From NCBI GenBank assembly GCA_963765765.1, contig CAVXYC010000018.1, positions 1 through 64,000 of the forward strand: a DNA stretch of 64,000 nt, given 5' to 3'. Below the pieces are notes generated by a model, which was not told where the DNA came from, searched no databases, and was given only the letters and a program-made list of their open reading frames with translations. The translations under genes were made by a program, and so were the position numbers. Shown piece after piece: positions 31,089 to 40,913 of the stretch; position 1 is the first letter of the stretch; each line of letters opens with the position of its first letter. This DNA comes from an uncultured Chloroflexia bacterium (GTDB lineage: Bacteria > Chloroflexota > UBA6077 > JACCZL01).

Positions 31089-32075
31089 ATGAGCTCCACA
31101 ATGAAAGCCCTGCGAGTGCACGAGTTCGGCCCGCCAGAATCGCTGCGGGTCGAACTGGTCCCGACGCCTGAGCCCGGCGTGGGAGAGGTACGCGTGGAAG
31201 TGCGTGCCTGTGGTGTGAATTTCGCTGATGTCATGGTTATCGGCGGCACCTACCAGCTTTTGCCTGATCTCCCATTCGTACCAGGGAAGGAATTCGCAGG
31301 TGTTGTCTCGGCTCTTGGCCAGGGAGTCAGCCGATTCGAGGTCGGGCAGCGCGTGCGGGCTCAAATTGAGTGGGGCGCATTCCAGGAACAGGTCTGCGTT
31401 CCAGTCGCTCTCTGTTATCCAATGCCTGACGCGATGACGTTCGAGGACGCCGCCGCGTTCAACCTGACGTACTTGACTGCGTACTTCGCGCTTACCCGTC
31501 GGGCCAGCGTACGACCTGGTGAAACCGTGCTGGTTACCGCGGCGGCGGGCGGCGTTGGTAGCGCTGCAGTGCAGATTGCTCACGCGCTGGGCGCCAGGGT
31601 AATCGCATATGTGGGCTCCCCGTCGAAACGGGCTGTGGCCGAGGCAGCCGGTGCGGACCACGTCATCGATGCCAGCCAGGGCGACCTGCGCGATGGAGTT
31701 CGCGACATTACCGCGGGGCGCGGCGCCGACGTCGTATTGGAGATGGTGGGCGGCGAGGTCTTCGAGTCGTGCCTGCGATCCACTGCCTGGGAAGGTCGAC
31801 TCGTCACCATAGGCTTTGCATCGGGAACCGTACCTATGGCGCGGGCGGGGTACCTGCTCGTCAAGAACATCGCCGTGCTCGGGCTGCAGGTCACCGACTA
31901 CCGCGATCGCGATCCCCGAGGCTGGCAAGCCGCGATGACGGCCCTTGATGAGCTTTACGCGAGTGGGCAGATCCGTCCTAGCATCAGCGCCACCTACCCG
32001 CTGGAGCAAGCCGTCGAAGCGCTAAATGCCGTGCATCGCGGGGAATCAATGGGGAAGGTCATTCTCACCGTTTAG
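31089..32075 (+). CDS. NADPH:quinone oxidoreductase (MDR family)
   Basis: GVNFAD, PGKEFAG, AAAGGVG, IGFASG and GKVILTV motifs. Confidence 0.92.
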   Translation: MSSTMKALRVHEFGPPESLRVELVPTPEPGVGEVRVEVRACGVNFADVMVIGGTYQLLPDLPFVPGKEFAGVVSALGQGVSRFEVGQRVRAQIEWGAFQEQVCVPVALCYPMPDAMTFEDAAAFNLTYLTAYFALTRRASVRPGETVLVTAAAGGVGSAAVQIAHALGARVIAYVGSPSKRAVAEAAGADHVIDASQGDLRDGVRDITAGRGADVVLEMVGGEVFESCLRSTAWEGRLVTIGFASGTVPMARAGYLLVKNIAVLGLQVTDYRDRDPRGWQAAMTALDELYASGQIRPSISATYPLEQAVEALNAVHRGESMGKVILTV

Positions 32076-32167
32076 CTCAGGGGTGCGATCCGCGAGGATG
32101 TGGCATGTATCTCTCGTCAACCCGGGCTCATCGACGATGATTCCGGTGAGCAATCGCATCAGCCGCG

Positions 32168-33289
32168 ATGGATTCTTCGATAGAATCCCACGACTGGATG
32201 GCGCGGAGGTGCCGTAACACGTCCAACGCTGAGGGGCGCGAAGTAGAAATTGAGACGGAAGGCGCTCAGATCGAGGCGCCACTCAGTCGTGAGGCCGTTC
32301 GACGCCTCGAGGCCGCCGCGCGGCTCCTGGAGCCGGCGATCCGGGCCACGGAGCTAGCCGGAGTAGATGCTGTCCCTCTCCAGGAAACCCTCACGGAAAT
32401 CGTGGAGCGACACCGCGGTGCCGCTAGCTCCCCCCTTCCGCCCGCTGCCCGCCGGGGCAAACCCGCCGCGCAGCGGCAATGGTCTTCAGATGTCCCTCGA
32501 CCGCAATACGGCCTTTTTGTCGATGAGTCGGGCGGTAGGCGCTTAACCATCGGTAAGGACGGGGCTTACTTTGCCGTCGGCGGACTCCTCGTTTCGGAGT
32601 GGGAGTACCCCGATCTCGAGGCCGACTGGTTGGAATGGAAGCGCGAATGGATCGGCCGTGAGGACGCCAGCATGCACTCAGCTTCACTCAGTCGTCGGAG
32701 CATCCGGCACTACGCGATCCACGGCGAGCCGGAAGAAGCGTTGGCCTCGCTTGAGTCATTGATGTTGAGGATGCCGGCGACGCTCTTCATCGTTGCGCTG
32801 GACAAGCGAACCTTTGGCACAGTCTATCAAGACGTCGTCACAGAGGAGTTCCTGCCGGACTATCACTACGCGTTATGCGTGGATCTTCTACTCGAGCGCG
32901 TCGTGCACTGTCTTCTGGCCCGAGATGATGCCCACGCGCAGGTCATCGCCGAATCGCGGAATCGGCTGGAAAACGCCAAGGTCCAGCTCGAGTATCAACG
33001 CCTGCAGATCGAGGGGACTGCTCTCCACGCCGACACCTGGTTCCGATACCAGCTTGCGCCCCATATCCGCTTCCGCGACAAGACAGATAACGTCGCCGGA
33101 TTGCAAATCGCCGACATACTCCTGCGCGCCGTCATGGAAAAGCTCAACGACCCGGACAGCTCACCTCTCCGCTGGCCTGTCGCCGAGCGCATGTTCTACC
33201 GCGACGTTCACGGCAACGCCGGAGATTGGGGACTCACCATTTTTCCGGACGATTCTGAAGGTCTCGCCAGAGTCCTGGCTACCAGCTGA
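32168..33289 (+). CDS. DUF3800 domain-containing protein with N-terminal extension (start uncertain)
   Basis: FVDESG, FAVGG, MHSA, AESR and AGLQIADIL motifs typical of DUF3800. Confidence 0.8.
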   Translation: MDSSIESHDWMARRCRNTSNAEGREVEIETEGAQIEAPLSREAVRRLEAAARLLEPAIRATELAGVDAVPLQETLTEIVERHRGAASSPLPPAARRGKPAAQRQWSSDVPRPQYGLFVDESGGRRLTIGKDGAYFAVGGLLVSEWEYPDLEADWLEWKREWIGREDASMHSASLSRRSIRHYAIHGEPEEALASLESLMLRMPATLFIVALDKRTFGTVYQDVVTEEFLPDYHYALCVDLLLERVVHCLLARDDAHAQVIAESRNRLENAKVQLEYQRLQIEGTALHADTWFRYQLAPHIRFRDKTDNVAGLQIADILLRAVMEKLNDPDSSPLRWPVAERMFYRDVHGNAGDWGLTIFPDDSEGLARVLATS

Positions 33290-33291
33290 CC

Positions 33292-33654
33292 TTAGCCAGG
33301 CTCCTCGTCTTCGATTCCTTCGGTATTAATGATTGCTTCGAGCTGCGGCACCAGCTCCAACAGCTCGACCGATACGATCTGCCAGAGCACGTCGTTATCC
33401 ACGCTGAAGTAGCCGTGAATCAACTGATCTCGCGTCCCCGCAATTGCACGCCACGGGACAGCGGGGTATCGATCACCGAGCGACCTCGGCACATGCTTGG
33501 CCGCTTCACCAATGATCTCCACTGCCCTGGCAAGTGCGAGTGCGAGCATGGCGTCTTCATCAACATCATCGCGCGTACGCCCCTGAGCCAGCTCGATTGC
33601 TAGCCGAGCACTCTCAAGCATATCGAGTACGCGAGTTAGCCGATCACGCGGCAT
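33292..33654 (-). CDS. hepT: HepT-like HEPN ribonuclease toxin (DUF86)
   Basis: [16 protein letters not shown] and RDQLIHGY (Rx4HxY). Confidence 0.9.
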   Translation of the reverse strand: MPRDRLTRVLDMLESARLAIELAQGRTRDDVDEDAMLALALARAVEIIGEAAKHVPRSLGDRYPAVPWRAIAGTRDQLIHGYFSVDNDVLWQIVSVELLELVPQLEAIINTEGIEDEEPG

Positions 33655-33955
33655 AAAGCGGCTGAGACTCTCGAAGCACTCGCTCCCGATATCGCTGATG
33701 CAGCGATTGAGGAGTGTTCAAGTCAACCGCTCTGCCGAAGAGCTCCGAAAGCTCGTCCGCAATAGTTGCGTATCCGAATCCCGGAACGTGCCCTTCCTCG
33801 AATTCCACGAGAATGTCCACATCGCTCTCGGGGCGAAACTCATCCGTTAGCGCAGAGCCAAAAACCGAGAGCCGATGGATGTGATGGCGTCGGCAGATGT
33901 CTTCGAGCTCATCGGCAGGCGGAAGCAGCATTTCCTCGTTGATCATGATGATCAA
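33644..33955 (-). CDS. mntA: MntA-like minimal nucleotidyltransferase antitoxin
   Basis: [22 protein letters not shown] (GSx10DxD). Overlaps the HEPN start. Confidence 0.9.
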   Translation of the reverse strand: MIIMINEEMLLPPADELEDICRRHHIHRLSVFGSALTDEFRPESDVDILVEFEEGHVPGFGYATIADELSELFGRAVDLNTPQSLHQRYRERVLRESQPLYAA

Positions 33956-34038
33956 TGATAGTCCGAATTGGCAATGGCCTTGATTCGCGGTGAGTGCGGC
34001 GAGTCGCTCTAACCATCGGATCGAAAAACGTCACCAAT

Positions 34039-35277
34039 CTATCTAAGCGGCAGCGTGAAATGAAACGCCGCCCCTCCCGCCGCCGAGCGGTCTGCCCAGA
34101 TACGACCTCCGTGTGCCTGGACCAGCGCACGCGCGATAGCCAAACCAAGTCCTGCACCCGCGGCCTGACTGCCTGACTGGACCGCGCGGGACCGGGCAGT
34201 CTCGCCGCGATAGAACTGATCGAAGACGCGCTCCATCTCGGTAGGCGACAACCCGGGTCCGCTGTCGATCACCGAAACGAGGGCCGCATCACCGTCGACT
34301 TGGGTCTGAACGCGGATGGTACCTCCTGGCGGTGTATAGCGCAGAGCATTGTCCACAAGGTTGCGGAGGACCCGTTGGAGGCGCGCGGCATCAGCGTTGA
34401 TTGGTGGGATGCCGGGAGCTTCATCCAGCTCCAGCGCCACTCCTTGCTCAGCGGCTTGAGCATGGTACGCGTCAAGCGTCTGCTCTACCAGAACCGGAAG
34501 CTGTGTCGGCGCGCACTGTAGCTCCAGGGCACCGCTTTCGATCTGGCTCAACCAGAAGAGATCATCAATCAGGCGGCTCAAATGCTGTGTCTCCGCCCGG
34601 ATCAGATGAAGATATCGATCGACCTCCCCTGGTTCGGTGACCACTCGGTCGGTCAGTGCTTCCACCATGGCGCGCGTCGTGGCCAACGGCGTGCGCAAGT
34701 CATGCGAGACCGTGACGATGAGGTTGCGGCGACTGGACTCGAGATCCCGCTCACGGTTAAACGCCATTTGAAGTTGACCGGCCATGTGGTCGAACGTGGC
34801 GCCAAGCCGTGCGATCTCATCGCGGCCGCGTAGGCCAACGCGGGCATCGAGATCGCCCGCTGCCAAGCGCCCGGCGGCACGAGCAAGCCCACCGAGCTCG
34901 GACGTGAGGCCGGACGCCACACTGTGTCCAAAGGCCAGTGAAATAGCCGCCGAAAACAAGAGAAGGCAGATAAGCAGCGAAAGATCGTGATCGTTCAAGA
35001 ACATCAGCAGCGATGTGGCCAGGATGTTGATGAGGGCTACGACCAGGCCGATCACGTAGGCCATCATCAGCCGAACGCGCAACCCACCGATCCATCCCTG
35101 AGCCCAACGCATGAGTAGCGCCCCAAGAACGAGCGAGCCGGCGCCGGAAGCAGATAAGAAATAGCCGAGCTGCTCTACATCCGCCGCTGGCGCGCCCATG
35201 ACAATCTGGACGTAGGTCACCGCGCCGACGACGGCCAGAACGAGGACGGCGCCAACGAGGAATGATCGGTCTTTCAC
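34039..35277 (-). CDS. HAMP-domain sensor histidine kinase
   Basis: TM segments, HAMP, SHDLRTPL (H-box), NLVDNALRY, DSGPG and GAGLGLAI motifs. Confidence 0.95.
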   Translation of the reverse strand: MKDRSFLVGAVLVLAVVGAVTYVQIVMGAPAADVEQLGYFLSASGAGSLVLGALLMRWAQGWIGGLRVRLMMAYVIGLVVALINILATSLLMFLNDHDLSLLICLLLFSAAISLAFGHSVASGLTSELGGLARAAGRLAAGDLDARVGLRGRDEIARLGATFDHMAGQLQMAFNRERDLESSRRNLIVTVSHDLRTPLATTRAMVEALTDRVVTEPGEVDRYLHLIRAETQHLSRLIDDLFWLSQIESGALELQCAPTQLPVLVEQTLDAYHAQAAEQGVALELDEAPGIPPINADAARLQRVLRNLVDNALRYTPPGGTIRVQTQVDGDAALVSVIDSGPGLSPTEMERVFDQFYRGETARSRAVQSGSQAAGAGLGLAIARALVQAHGGRIWADRSAAGGAAFHFTLPLR

Positions 35278-36002
35278 GAACGGACGGATGGATCGAACTT
35301 GTATCCCTGCCCCCAGACAGTTTTGATGTGCGACGGACGATCGGGATCCGGCTCGATTTTCTCGCGCAAGCGACGAATGTGCACGGTCACGGTACTCGGA
35401 TCACCCTGGAACGATGGATCCCAGACCGTGTCGAGCAAATCATCGCGTGAGAACACTTCGCTGGGATGCTCCATCAGGTGGTGCAGGAGATCAAATTCAA
35501 GAGGCGTGAGCGTGATCGACGCGCCATTGGCTTCACAGCTTCGTTGCCGTGGATCGAGCGTCACCTCGCCACCACGAAGCCGACCATCCGGTCGCGGTGG
35601 TCGTATATCCAATTGGACTCGTCGGAGGTGCGCCTTGACGCGTGCAACGAGCTCACCCGGACTGAACGGCTTCACTACATAGTCATCTGCACCGATGGAC
35701 AACCCGCCAATACGGTCATGCTCGTCCCCACGCGCAGTAAGGAGAATGATCGGCATCGTGACGCGGGCATCGGTCCGAAGGCGCCGACAGACTTCTACGC
35801 CATCGATACCCGGAAGCATGACATCCAGCACCACGAGATTTGGTGGCGTGTCTTCGTCGGTGGCCCGATCAAGAGCTTCCTGCCCGGTTGTGGCGGTGAC
35901 CACGCGATACCCCTCGCGCAGAAGGTAGCGCTGAACGACCTCAACGACCATAGGCTCGTCGTCCACCACAAGAATCGTGGGCTTGGAATCTAGTGTGGGC
36001 AT
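35274..36002 (-). CDS. OmpR/PhoB family response regulator
   Basis: LVVDDE, LDVMLP, GADDYVVKPF, VTVHIRRLREKIE and TVWGQGY motifs. Confidence 0.95.
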   Translation of the reverse strand: MPTLDSKPTILVVDDEPMVVEVVQRYLLREGYRVVTATTGQEALDRATDEDTPPNLVVLDVMLPGIDGVEVCRRLRTDARVTMPIILLTARGDEHDRIGGLSIGADDYVVKPFSPGELVARVKAHLRRVQLDIRPPRPDGRLRGGEVTLDPRQRSCEANGASITLTPLEFDLLHHLMEHPSEVFSRDDLLDTVWDPSFQGDPSTVTVHIRRLREKIEPDPDRPSHIKTVWGQGYKFDPSVRS

Positions 36003-36093
36003 GATGTGAGGATACGGCCCTCGGCGACGGGGTCGGTTACATTACTTACGGGATCTGCGAAGGATATTCGCGGCGATATCCCGCAGACCACGA

Positions 36094-37413
36094 CTACCTA
36101 ATACGCGAATACGGCTTATACAACACGGCCACCGCCAAGACACTCAGCGCAACGATGACTCCAGAGACGGCTACCGTCGTCTGAACGCCCACATGGTCGG
36201 CAATCCATGAAGCTGGAAATGTACCCAGCGGCATCGCGGCGAATGTCAGCATGTAGACACTCATCACTCGACCGTAAAGCCGCGGCTCAGTATTGCCCAT
36301 GATCAACGTATTGTTGAGCGCCTGATACGCGGCCGAGGTGAATCCCACCACCGCCAGCAGAACCAATGCAACCAGGTATGTCGGCGCAAGTGCGAACCCA
36401 GTCAGCGACACGCCAAATCCCACACCGAGACAAAGTTGGATCGCCGCCGGCCGTGAGTGCCCAGAAATCGTTGCCACACCAATCGCACCAAAAAGCGCGC
36501 CCACGCCCACGGCGGCCATCATGGATCCCAGCCCCGTGGCGCCAACGCCATAGACTTGATCAGCAAAGACGGGCATGAGTGCCTGAAACGGCATTCCTAC
36601 GATCACCGGAATCAGCGCCAGGCCGAGAAGCGCCATTAAAACGGGCGATGCGCGCACATATCGCAGACCATCCAAAAGCTCTTCCCAACCACCCTTGCGC
36701 GCACCCGAGGTAGACGGTACCGCGTTCGTCGAAGACGGCAACCGAAAGAGTGACGCTGTCACGATGCCGTAGAGAACCGTCATCGTCGCGAACACTCCGC
36801 CCACACCCACGGCTGGCATAGCCAACAGCGCCCCCGCTAAAGCCGGGCCCGCTATCCGGTTGAAATTCATCCCGGCGTTATTTAGAGCGACGGCGTTTCG
36901 GAGAAGCTTTGGGCCGACCAGATCACCAATGAGCGCCTGCCGCGAGGGCATATTGAAGGCAAATGCGCAGCCCTGGACGAACGCGGTGACCACCAGGTGC
37001 CACACCTGGAGCGAGCCTGTGAGAGCGAGAATCGCCAGGACCAACGCAACCATGGCGAGAGTGGACTGGGTGCCCAGCAGCACGGCCCGACGCGACATCC
37101 GATCCGCCGCAACCCCACCAACTAACCCCAGGGTCAACTGCGGAAGCCCACTGGCCAGGCTCACCACTCCCAGCGCCGCGGCTGAGCCGGTGAGTCCGAA
37201 CGCTGCGTACCCAACAGCAACCTGGCTCATCTGGAAGGCGATGTTGGCGGGTAACATGCCCAGCCAGAGAAGCCGAAACGAGGGCACGCGCAAGGACGGA
37301 TAGAGGTCCAGGAGGCGAGAGAGCCAGCGGGACTGGCTGGAGGTACGGGCCTCTCCTTGCTGCTTTGCGGACTCGGCGGAAGGAGGCGTAACCGAAGTCT
37401 CAAAAACAGTCAT
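36094..37413 (-). CDS. MFS transporter
   Basis: About 12 hydrophobic segments, GGVAADRMSRR motif A, RIAGPALAG. Confidence 0.92.
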   Translation of the reverse strand: MTVFETSVTPPSAESAKQQGEARTSSQSRWLSRLLDLYPSLRVPSFRLLWLGMLPANIAFQMSQVAVGYAAFGLTGSAAALGVVSLASGLPQLTLGLVGGVAADRMSRRAVLLGTQSTLAMVALVLAILALTGSLQVWHLVVTAFVQGCAFAFNMPSRQALIGDLVGPKLLRNAVALNNAGMNFNRIAGPALAGALLAMPAVGVGGVFATMTVLYGIVTASLFRLPSSTNAVPSTSGARKGGWEELLDGLRYVRASPVLMALLGLALIPVIVGMPFQALMPVFADQVYGVGATGLGSMMAAVGVGALFGAIGVATISGHSRPAAIQLCLGVGFGVSLTGFALAPTYLVALVLLAVVGFTSAAYQALNNTLIMGNTEPRLYGRVMSVYMLTFAAMPLGTFPASWIADHVGVQTTVAVSGVIVALSVLAVAVLYKPYSRIR

Positions 37414-37680
37414 TCGGTTCGCTTCGGCTCCTTCGGCCCTGGATGCTCACCACCCTTTCGCAGGCATAAGACACCTGGATGCGTGGACTCTACGGGGGCT
37501 CTGCTCGCATTCTACTCTCCCGGCGAATGACCGGAATCTGTCGTGACCCGACAATCGAATGTGTACATAATCACCGCTCGTGTGTATCTACTCGTCAATA
37601 GATTCTAGATGCGACCGTAGATTCGCAAGTCAGCTGACTGTTCCCAAATCTCGACGATGAATGCCGCGAAGCGCCCGACG

Positions 37681-39377
37681 TTAGACCGTTTTCACGTCGA
37701 TTTGATGCCGACCGGAGCCACCATCTGGCTGGGGAAGCTTGAACTCCTCCGTTTGCACCTCACCGTTGCCATCAGTGGCTCGGACAACGAGCGGGATGGT
37801 GGAACCTGCCCGGAAGATCAATTACAAGCTCCCAACGCACCCAGGCGTCCTTCCCAGCCGCCAGCTCAAGGAAACTTGCCGGGAGCCAGGTCTTCCCCTC
37901 GTCGGAGCTGAGCTCGACTGTGCGAATACCACGGTCGCCAGCGTAGGCCACGCCCGCGATTCGTTGCGGCCCCGCGGCAAGGCTAGCGCCGCCCGCTGGT
38001 ACGTCTATCCGTGCCATTGTCTTGACGATGCCATCCTTATTCCAATTGCGCTGCTCGTACCAGCCGAGAAACTCCTCGCGGACTGGACGGATCACCGCGA
38101 GCCACTTAGGGCTCTTCATACCGTAACGCCCGGGCACCAGCAGCCGCGCGGGGTACCCATGCTCCCGAGGAAGAACATCACCGTTCATCTCGTAGACCAC
38201 GATGGTATCGGGATCCTTGATGATCTCCAGCGGCAGGCCTGACGAGAACTCATCGACGGAGACCACCGAAAGGTATGCCGCGGAGGACTTGAGTCCACCC
38301 GCCAGATCGATGATGTCGCTGAGACGAACGCCCTTCCAGCGAGCCGTGCTGATCAAATCGCAGCCGAACGACGTCAACTCGCACATCGCGGTGAAGTTTG
38401 AGATGCATTCGATGGTCTTGGCGGTCTCCACCGAGGGAAGCTGCCGCAGGGTGCGGTAGTCGATCTGGACTGGTCGCTGGACCTCACCGTCGACGATGAG
38501 CCGCCAGCTCTCCGGGTCTACGACTGGATCAGCGACGGCATTCTTTGTCACAACGTAGAACTGCTCGTTCGTCGTGATTGGCTCTGGGAGAGTGCCCTTA
38601 GGCCGTTGGGCGGCCGTTAGCGCTCCGTCCTTATCCCGCTCGAGCTTACGCGCGGGCGCCGGCACGGGCAGCGGCTCTAGAGTCGGCACGGTGGTAGGCG
38701 CGATCGCCGGAGCAGCCGCGATTGTGGTGGCATCCGTGGCCGGTACAGGTTGTTGAGTGGGCGGGGACGCTACCTGTGCCAGAGGCAGCTCACTCGTGAT
38801 GCTTCCTCCCGAGCGTCCAAGCCAGAGAGCGCCAAGCCAAGCGCCCACGGCCCCCATCGCGGCGATACCGAGCTCTCGGCGTGAGCTAGAGTATCCGGCG
38901 ACGCGCACTGAGTCGATCGACTGCCAGACCGAGACGCCTAAGAGAAGCACCACCGCATAGATGAGGAAGACCGAGAGGTACGCCGCACTAACCAGCAGCG
39001 GCGATTGAAAGAGAGCCGTGCCAAAAACGCCCCCGCCTGTGATCGGAATGATCACGACCATGGCCAGAAGCCAGAGCGCCACGGAAACGCCAAGAATCAC
39101 GCCGCCCGAGGCGCGCTGACGCAGAAGCACATAGCCTATGAGCGCAAGCGAGATGGCCATGCCCAGCACGTTCCCGACGAGCGCGAGCTCCTTCGCGTCT
39201 CGGGCCGAATTGCTGGATTCCACGCTCGAAAAGATCGAGCGGAATGAACAGAAGCGACCATTCCATCACTCGCTCGGGGAGCGATCGAATTTGCCACATG
39301 GCGCGTGCCAGGGACTGAACCCACATTGCGGCGCCGGCGGCGATGAGACTGACGATTGCGGCGAATATGCGTGACAT
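37681..39377 (-). CDS. Membrane-anchored molybdopterin-dependent oxidoreductase (sulfite oxidase family), frameshifted
   Basis: N-terminal TM region, FYVVTKN, TIECISN (Mo-Cys), WKGVRL, HGYPARLLVPGRYGMKSPKW. The C-terminus VRATDGNG..PDGGSGRH continues in another frame to TAA 37681. Confidence 0.85.
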
Positions 39378-39470
39378 GGTGCTTTCCGCGACTATCGTCT
39401 CACAGGCTTGGCGCGCGCGTCTTACACATATAACCCAAAGTGAGCGCCGGCAATGGATCAACTGCCATGA

Positions 39471-39507
39471 ATCCGTAGCGGCGGGCATCTTGCCCGCCGC
39501 TACGGAT
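39471..39507. terminator. Perfect hairpin, GTAG REP-like, downstream of the Rieske gene
   Basis: atccgtagcggcgggca-tct-tgcccgccgctacggat (17-bp stem). Confidence 0.6.
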
Positions 39508-39532
39508 GTGGAACGACTGTAAGTAGCTCGGT

Positions 39533-40732
39533 CTAGACCTCGGAGCCCGTAAGCTCCTTCAGGTTCGCGCCGATGAGATCGCGTCGAGCTTCGAAACCTT
39601 GCAGCGCCCGGCCCTCGCGCGGAATGTCGATCCACGGCGCGTTCCTGGACGGATCGCGGAGGACACCGAGCGGGTCTTCGCCGCGGGCGACTTTCTCCAT
39701 CTCGCGCATGAGCAAGCTGCGATAAAGGATGACGCCCTTGTCAGAATTACCGAGCCGCTCAGTCGTGCGATCGGATATCTCGCCCTGCGTGATCCACGCC
39801 ATCATATCCTGGCCCTGCACCGTCTCTACCACAATCTTTCCGTTGGGGTGCACGTGCGGGTAGTCGTAAATTGGCACTGAATTCTGCTTGGGCGCACCCG
39901 GCTGGCGAGGTACCGCGCGATACCAGAAATGCAGGGTGGAAGTGTCGTCTCGGGGCACACGAATCTGGAAGCTCGGCCGTGTGCTGTCCCCTACGGCGAG
40001 AATCGATGGGAATATCACCGGATGGCCCACTGTCCAGTCATCGGAGTCCTCGGTGTCGCCCTCGAGCAGCCGTCGCTTGGAGATACCAAACTCGAACTCG
40101 TCGAAGGCGATTCGCAGGTGCTTCTTGGCGGTCATCGTCTCCGGTTTGCCGTTTCGCCGCTGTACGTAGTTGCCGTAGACGGCGTGGAGCCACTCGAAAT
40201 GGATCGGGTCCATCGAGTTCTCCATTGGCTGGAGCCAGTTGCACGGGATCTGACTGATGCCGATTTTCCGCTCATACTCGTCGCTGACGAGTATGTCCCA
40301 GCGCGGAAGCAGCGGCACTGGCTCGGGACCGAGGTAAGCCCAAATCAGTCCGCCGAGCTCCTGGACAGGGTAGGCGGGAATGCGCACTCGATGTTTGAAG
40401 GTGCTGTTCTCCGGCTCCGCGGGTTGCTCCAGGCACACGCCCTCATCGGAGAACTTCCAGCCGTGGTACGGGCATCGGAGACCGCCGTCCTCGGGAATGC
40501 CGTAGACCATGCTGGCGCCGCGGTGCGGGCAGCGCTCGGCCATGAGCCCGAGGTCGCCGTTGGGAGAGCGGTACAGCGCCAGGTTCTCACCGAGGATCTT
40601 CACGGCCAGGACCGGCTCCTTGTCCAGCTCGGCGGTCGCCGCAACGGCATGCCAGTATCGCCGTAACAGATTCCCCATCGGCGTCCCGGGACCGACTTGA
40701 GTGAGTCGCTCGTTCGCCTCTCTGGTGAGCAT
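39533..40732 (-). CDS. Rieske non-heme iron oxygenase alpha subunit (phthalate dioxygenase/vanillate demethylase-like)
   Basis: VGPGTPMGNLLRRYW, CPHRG...CPYHGW (Rieske), ENSMDPIHFEWLH and QD motifs. Confidence 0.93.
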   Translation of the reverse strand: MLTREANERLTQVGPGTPMGNLLRRYWHAVAATAELDKEPVLAVKILGENLALYRSPNGDLGLMAERCPHRGASMVYGIPEDGGLRCPYHGWKFSDEGVCLEQPAEPENSTFKHRVRIPAYPVQELGGLIWAYLGPEPVPLLPRWDILVSDEYERKIGISQIPCNWLQPMENSMDPIHFEWLHAVYGNYVQRRNGKPETMTAKKHLRIAFDEFEFGISKRRLLEGDTEDSDDWTVGHPVIFPSILAVGDSTRPSFQIRVPRDDTSTLHFWYRAVPRQPGAPKQNSVPIYDYPHVHPNGKIVVETVQGQDMMAWITQGEISDRTTERLGNSDKGVILYRSLLMREMEKVARGEDPLGVLRDPSRNAPWIDIPREGRALQGFEARRDLIGANLKELTGSEV

Positions 40733-40806
40733 GGATGTCCTCCCTCCGCAGTTCCGAGACTTACTCTAGCGCCGCCGACGGAGGAGTGCAACAGCACAAT
40801 CGGAAA

Positions 40807-40902
40807 CAGAGCCGCAACTCGTGAGAGCGCGGCTCCTCTCACGACGTTCCGGAGCCCCGGGAGATCGAAGGAGGAGTCGCACCCTTACACGTTGCGGCTC
40901 TG
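40807..40902. repeat. REP-like inverted doublet (CAGAGCCGC family)
   Basis: cagagccgcaac...gttgcggctctg terminal inverted repeat. Related to 21930-22023. Confidence 0.7.
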
Positions 40903-40913
40903 ATCTTGGACGG

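Noticed and set aside
28078-32009. Long antisense ORFs (28078-28989, 31041-32009 and similar elsewhere)
   Set aside because: Shadow frames of well-supported genes, expected in high-GC DNA.
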